Shown here: one piece after another, positions 59,367 to 64,000 of the stretch
How the letters are laid out: every line of letters starts with the position of its first letter
Position numbering within the stretch: the first letter of the stretch is position 1
Origin: a virus
Length of the DNA: 64,000 nucleotides
Reading direction: 5' to 3' (one strand)
IMG/VR virus record: IMGVR_UViG_3300025684_000011
The notes under the pieces: generated by a model
Told to the model about the DNA's origin: nothing
Database searches by the model: none
Seen by the model: the letters and a program-made list of their open reading frames with translations, nothing else
Program-made: the position numbers and the translations under genes

Positions 59367-60791
59367 ATGCCTGAAAATTTTACCCATGATACTTTTAGTT
59401 CTGAGCAATATTATTATGATGAACAGGCAAGAAAACATCCTACAACGGTAGCAGTTAAATCTAAACTACCAAAAGCAAAAGTAACATCTTCTGGCTTAAA
59501 AGTAGGAGATAGTTTATTTCATCATGGTATAACATGGAATGTAAGAACAGAAGAAATATACACCCCAATATATAATGATTTGCCATTAGCAGGAAAATAT
59601 CATGTTGACTTTGCAAAACAGTTTACATATAATAGATTCTCTCCTAGACATGGGCATTGGGCTCAACCTTATCCTGTAATTCCTTTACCAGAATTAGCTA
59701 TGCCGTCCTTTGATCCTAATCATAATAAGACATGGACAGAATGTACAGATGAAAGAGCTCAATGGGTTAAGGCTTTATTAGAAAAAGAGTCTAATCGTAA
59801 AATTGCATTATACTATTCAGGTGGAATTGATAGTTTGGTTGTTCTTATTGCATTACTAAAAGCATTAGATACCAAAGAACTTCGTTCACGTTTAACTATT
59901 TGTTGCAGTATGGAAAGTGTAATTGAATATCCTGTTTTCTTTGAAAAAGAAGTGCTTGGAAAATTTAGGATTATAGATCTTAAAATGGGTACTGTTCGTT
60001 TTAATAATTTAATCAATGAAGGATATACAGTTATTACAGCCGACTTAGGTGATGCTATGTTTGGAACTGAAGTGTCCACACAATTTTATTATACTTTTAG
60101 AAACCATGCTGAACGTTTAGGTTTTCAAGGAAGGAAAATGGTATCTGATTTACTTGAAGATATAGGTAAACCAGATGCACACTATTCTGTTTATAAAGAT
60201 GTTTTGATTGCATATTTAGAAACTCCAAATGTTTATTCTATGCCAACTAAAAGTAGAGAGAATATATTAACACCAGGCTTTGGTGAATGGTATTATAACA
60301 AACTAGACAAACTAGCACAGACATCTGATTATACTGTTCATAGTTTACATGATTTCTTTTGGCAGATTATTTTTAATGTTAAATGGATGCATTGCTCATG
60401 TCGTTGTTTTATGTTCTTTGGTGACCATACTAATAACAAACCATTGTTTGAACATAAACGTTATATAAATTGGTTTCAGTCTGATGATTACCAACGTTGG
60501 TCTATGGTTAATAATAACACAGGTCAAAAGATTAAAGGTGTAACTGCTTCTACATATAAGTGGGCGGCCAGAGAATACATATACGATTATACAAAAGATG
60601 AATGGGCATTGTATTTTAAACTTAAGATTGCATCTTTTCAAAAGATTGCTCCTGTTCACAGTTATCCACATGCTATGGACATTATAGATAGATTTGCTTT
60701 AAACACAGATTATACTGTAGTTCGTCATAGCGATCCTGGAGTGATTGATTATATACATCATCACCTTTTTAACTACAATGACTTACTCTAA
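59367..60791 (+). CDS. PP-loop ATP pyrophosphatase, asparagine-synthetase C-domain-like (subtype B)
   Basis: NRFSPR, YSGGIDS, TADLGDAMFGT, DFFWQIIFNVK, YQRWSMVNNN, TYK.AAREYI; SD GGAGA. Confidence 0.82.
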   Translation: MPENFTHDTFSSEQYYYDEQARKHPTTVAVKSKLPKAKVTSSGLKVGDSLFHHGITWNVRTEEIYTPIYNDLPLAGKYHVDFAKQFTYNRFSPRHGHWAQPYPVIPLPELAMPSFDPNHNKTWTECTDERAQWVKALLEKESNRKIALYYSGGIDSLVVLIALLKALDTKELRSRLTICCSMESVIEYPVFFEKEVLGKFRIIDLKMGTVRFNNLINEGYTVITADLGDAMFGTEVSTQFYYTFRNHAERLGFQGRKMVSDLLEDIGKPDAHYSVYKDVLIAYLETPNVYSMPTKSRENILTPGFGEWYYNKLDKLAQTSDYTVHSLHDFFWQIIFNVKWMHCSCRCFMFFGDHTNNKPLFEHKRYINWFQSDDYQRWSMVNNNTGQKIKGVTASTYKWAAREYIYDYTKDEWALYFKLKIASFQKIAPVHSYPHAMDIIDRFALNTDYTVVRHSDPGVIDYIHHHLFNYNDLL

Positions 60792-61110
60792 ACTTACAAT
60801 ATGTATAGCAGATTATAATATACAAACTTTGATGGATGCATATAGCGTCAAAGATCTAAAAGGCTATAAAGAAATTGATATTGCTGATGAGGATTTTGCT
60901 CCTATACCCACATCACTTAGTATGATACAATATCTAGCAGATTCAACATTAGCAAATATATCTGCAACAACCAAAGGACAAGACCGAGGATCTAGGTTCT
61001 GGGAGGAATTAGCCTTTGTTCCTAAATTGGTAGTTGAATTTGAAACTAATACTAGATCATTCCGCACATTTAAGCAATTTAATGGTACTTTTTTATTAAA
61101 AAACGGTTGA
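60778..61110 (+). CDS. hypothetical protein
   Basis: ORF overlapping the previous stop. Confidence 0.5.
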   Translation: MTYSKLTICIADYNIQTLMDAYSVKDLKGYKEIDIADEDFAPIPTSLSMIQYLADSTLANISATTKGQDRGSRFWEELAFVPKLVVEFETNTRSFRTFKQFNGTFLLKNG

Positions 61111-61135
61111 CCTTTCGGATAGAAGGTGTTATACT
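61107..61135 (+). promoter_or_regulatory. sigma70-type promoter
   Basis: TTGACC-17-TATACT, spacer begins TTTCGGATAG. Confidence 0.72.
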
Positions 61136-61165
61136 GTAAAGACAATAAGGAATTAGGAGTAGGGT

Positions 61166-61468
61166 TTGACAGGCGAGATTATTAATATGCCTCTTCATAT
61201 TATGAGGCCTAAATTAGATTTTTCAAAAACTAGTTTAACAATCGAGACACAAGCAGGTCTGTCTCGTTATATTCTTGATCATAAAGAGCCGGGCGGATAC
61301 CTAAGAGCAGTATTAGAAAACGATCTAATGACAGCAATACAAACTGCTGATTCACAAAACTTAAAGCAATTAAAAAACCTATGTAAATGGATATTTAACA
61401 ATGCTCCAGGAGATAGTTGGGGAGATCAATTTACAGTTGATAATTGGATATATGGTGAGGAACTTTAA
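61166..61468 (+). CDS. hypothetical phage protein
   Basis: YI....PGGYL.AVLENDL..A...AD..N...WG. Confidence 0.7.
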   Translation: MTGEIINMPLHIMRPKLDFSKTSLTIETQAGLSRYILDHKEPGGYLRAVLENDLMTAIQTADSQNLKQLKNLCKWIFNNAPGDSWGDQFTVDNWIYGEEL

Positions 61469-61965
61469 TGAATTTGGTTGAGAAAGCAAAACTATTTGCA
61501 ACAAAAGCACACGAAGGACAAGTTCGCAAATACACTGGCGAGCCCTATATCATTCATCCAATTGAAGTTTCTGAAATTGTAGAAAGGTATAACGGCTCCA
61601 AAGAAATGATTGCGGCCGCCCTATTACATGATGTAGTTGAAGATACAGATGTTACGATTGAGGAAATTCGTAATGAGTTTGGTAATTCGGTTGCAATGTT
61701 AGTTGATGACTTAACAGATGTTAGTAAAAAAGAAGACGGTAACAGAGCAGTAAGAAAAGCTATGGATCGAGAGCATACTGCAAAAGCAAGTGCCGCCGCA
61801 ATGGTTGTTAAGGCCGCTGATATGATTAGCAATGGAAAGGATATTAAAGAAAATGATCCTCATTTTGCTAAAGTGTATCTTAAAGAGATGAAAGCATTGC
61901 TTAATGTAATGTTTAAGATTAAAGAGATGGAAATCTATAAAGAAGCAAAAGGAGTAGTTGAATGA
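61468..61965 (+). CDS. HD-domain hydrolase, SpoT/Mesh1-like small alarmone hydrolase family
   Basis: AHEGQVRK..GEPYI.HP, AALLHDVVEDT, VKAAD..SN. Confidence 0.85.
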   Translation: MNLVEKAKLFATKAHEGQVRKYTGEPYIIHPIEVSEIVERYNGSKEMIAAALLHDVVEDTDVTIEEIRNEFGNSVAMLVDDLTDVSKKEDGNRAVRKAMDREHTAKASAAAMVVKAADMISNGKDIKENDPHFAKVYLKEMKALLNVMFKIKEMEIYKEAKGVVE

Positions 61966-62138
61966 ACGATATTTTAAATGATGTTTCAGATTTAGAAGGT
62001 GCAGTAGATTGTCTTAAAAAGCTAGACCATACTCCTGATGTTATAAATGCTATTATAAAAATAGATGATATTATTGAACGTAAAAAAACAGAATTTAATG
62101 ATTATGAAAAATATATCGAGTCGTCATTTTCTGGTTGA
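61962..62138 (+). CDS. small hypothetical protein (absent from ORF track)
   Basis: 58 aa, SD AGGAG, ATGA overlap with the previous stop. Confidence 0.55.
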   Translation: MNDILNDVSDLEGAVDCLKKLDHTPDVINAIIKIDDIIERKKTEFNDYEKYIESSFSG

Positions 62139-62163
62139 CATTTCGGATAGCAGATGCTATACT
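62135..62163 (+). promoter_or_regulatory. sigma70-type promoter
   Basis: TTGACA-17-TATACT, spacer begins TTTCGGATAG. Confidence 0.75.
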
Positions 62164-62189
62164 ATAAAAATAATGAAGGATTGGACAGT

Positions 62190-62990
62190 ATGGAAATATC
62201 AGACTTAAAAGAAGGCAGAACAGTTGAACTTAAAGTAAAGAATGTTATGTATCCTTACAGGGATCGGTATTCTGTGAATATGATTATTCCTGAGTTTAAC
62301 TATTACACAGGTCAAGTTGTATATGAAAAATGGTATAAGCCTACTCAGGTCGGACTTACAACTGGAGAAGCATGGTTTAAGGTTCGCAGGATTGACATGC
62401 ACCGTATTGTTGAAATTAATGGTGTAGAAATTGAACCTGTACCTGAGGAGATTCCAACTACTGCTAAAGTCTTTACTGTTTTAGGATCCAAAGGAGAAGA
62501 GTACGAAGTTACTTTTGACGGACCTAACTCAAAGTGTACTTGCAAAGGTTTTCAGTTTAGAGGAACTTGCAAACACATTGCACAACAATTCAGCACCGTC
62601 CCTGACGTTGCTATTAAACCTAATTTTACTGCAAGAGCAGTTGAATCCGAGCAGGCGGAACCTGTTATTGAAGAAGTAAAGGAAGAAAATATGTCTGAGA
62701 AACTTTTCACTGTCACTGGTTTTAGTACTAAAGACGGTAAGATTAAAGCACGTTTCGCAACTGATATGACTCGTATTAAGACTCTTATTAAAACTGGCCA
62801 CACAGATATTCAATTGTATGATCTATCAAAGCCGGCAACAAAATTAGAAGCTCTTAAATACTTGCATGATAAGAATATCCCTGGTGAAGCTGGTAGTGCG
62901 ATTGCAAAAGAATATGCAAAACGTTCTAAAAGAGCCGTTGCTGATCTTGTCAAAGATGGCCCAGCTATCGAACAAGAAGCAGTAGCATAA
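62190..62990 (+). CDS. SWIM zinc-finger protein with separable C-terminal domain
   Basis: GSKG..YEV...CTCKGFQFRGTCKH; internal SD+ATG at 62691. Confidence 0.75.
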   Translation: MEISDLKEGRTVELKVKNVMYPYRDRYSVNMIIPEFNYYTGQVVYEKWYKPTQVGLTTGEAWFKVRRIDMHRIVEINGVEIEPVPEEIPTTAKVFTVLGSKGEEYEVTFDGPNSKCTCKGFQFRGTCKHIAQQFSTVPDVAIKPNFTARAVESEQAEPVIEEVKEENMSEKLFTVTGFSTKDGKIKARFATDMTRIKTLIKTGHTDIQLYDLSKPATKLEALKYLHDKNIPGEAGSAIAKEYAKRSKRAVADLVKDGPAIEQEAVA

Positions 62991-63055
62991 TTATTTTGCC
63001 TAGGGGGCAGGCTAGATAGAGGCCTCCCCATTTCTATACTAAGGAGACAAGAAGT

Positions 63056-63592
63056 ATGATCGTAGGATTTAAACTACCTCACGTTACATTTAAGACCCGT
63101 GTTCGTGATGATTCAATTGAAGGGTCTAATCCATTTCGTTGGGAGGACAAAACCACCGACGATTATTTTAAAGGTAAACGAGTAGTATTGTTTAGCCTTC
63201 CTGGAGCATTTACACCAACTTGCTCAACATATCAGTTACCAGGTTTTGAAGAAAACTACAATAAAATTAAAGAGAATGGTATTGACGAAATTTATTGTAT
63301 GAGTGTTAATGATGCCTTTGTTATGAATGCTTGGGCAAAAGCACAATCCGTCGAACGTGTAAAAGTTATTCCTGATGGCAGTGGTAACATGACACGTTTT
63401 ATGGGTATGCTTATTGGTAAAAATCATTTAGGCTTTGGCAGTCGTAGTTGGCGTTTTATGGCTATTATCAATGATGGCGTTGTTGAGAAATGGTGGCAGG
63501 AACCAGGCATTAACAACGACGGAGAAGACGAAGATCCGTATGTTGAGTCGACACCTGAAAACTGTCTAGAATATCTGTTAAATAAAGGTTAA
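63056..63592 (+). CDS. peroxiredoxin (Prx5 type)
   Basis: LPGAFTPTCS, SVNDAFVM.AW, PDGSG, RSWR. Confidence 0.93.
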   Translation: MIVGFKLPHVTFKTRVRDDSIEGSNPFRWEDKTTDDYFKGKRVVLFSLPGAFTPTCSTYQLPGFEENYNKIKENGIDEIYCMSVNDAFVMNAWAKAQSVERVKVIPDGSGNMTRFMGMLIGKNHLGFGSRSWRFMAIINDGVVEKWWQEPGINNDGEDEDPYVESTPENCLEYLLNKG

Positions 63593-63634
63593 CCACAATC
63601 TAACAAAGTCGTACTCTATAAAAGGAGTAACACT

Positions 63635-64000
63635 ATGAGACCTATATGTTGTAACCATGGATGCGATAAACTAGTATGTTGTAGTATTGGAAAAATCAGC
63701 GATCCAAATCCAAGATGGAGACCGGTCTGCGGACATTGTCAACAGGCAAGTTATGGTAAACGTCCTTATAGAGATGGTGTTACTCCTTTTGTTACTGGAA
63801 TATGTAGTAACAAAGATGGCCATCTTGGATTTGTATGCTGGACGAACTTTAAGAAAATGCCTAAAGATTTTAAAGGTAGAACTCAAATAGATCATGTAGA
63901 CGGCAATCCAAGTAATAATGATTTAGAAAACCTCGATGAATTGTGTATCTCTTGCCATCAATATAAAGGACAAAGAAACGGAGATCACAATGGTTGGAGA
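63635..64000 (+). CDS. HNH endonuclease, 3' truncated by window
   Basis: SD AAGGAG; MRPICCNHGC...QIDHVDGNPSNNDLENLDELCISCH. Confidence 0.85.
   Translation, partial: MRPICCNHGCDKLVCCSIGKISDPNPRWRPVCGHCQQASYGKRPYRDGVTPFVTGICSNKDGHLGFVCWTNFKKMPKDFKGRTQIDHVDGNPSNNDLENLDELCISCHQYKGQRNGDHNGWR

Noticed and set aside
63671-63895. ORF-track calls 63671-63895(-) and 63687-63890(+)
   Set aside because: They overlap the HNH frame starting at 63635, which has an SD and clear motifs.

Overview
AT-rich, gene-dense 64 kb segment, best read as part of a large lytic dsDNA myovirus-like (jumbo-type) phage of an aquatic Alphaproteobacterium. The host inference comes from a circularly permuted, alphaproteobacterial-type tmRNA with tag ANDNFASEDFALAA, TRAP/TTT transporters and a porin. 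1-20 kb is a core block: miniature DnaE-like polymerase fragment, primase, DnaB-like helicase, probable head/internal virion proteins, PD-(D/E)XK nuclease, class Ia NrdAB and a PAAR-like spike. 20-64 kb is a long accessory region: CspA, a complete TRAP transporter plus orphan binding proteins, an oxygenase alpha subunit lacking its Rieske ligands, tmRNA, 3 tRNAs, APS-kinase/nucleotidyltransferase fusion, porin, five Fe(II)/2OG-type oxygenases, SET, GNAT, SpeD, lipase, YhhQ, ClpP, HD hydrolase, peroxiredoxin and HNH. The most striking unexplained structure is a recurring module. Six stand-alone PP-loop (SGGxDS, asparagine-synthetase/lasso-cyclase-like) ATP pyrophosphatases are present, and four of them are paired with members of two unknown partner families, with enzyme subtype matching partner type. 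Tailoring enzymes lie around them. Other notable points: an apparent protein-coding frame inside the tmRNA intervening segment, and TAAATA late-type promoters placed exactly 5 nt before ATG (leaderless mRNAs). Functional calls rest on motif recognition by eye; no database searches were run.
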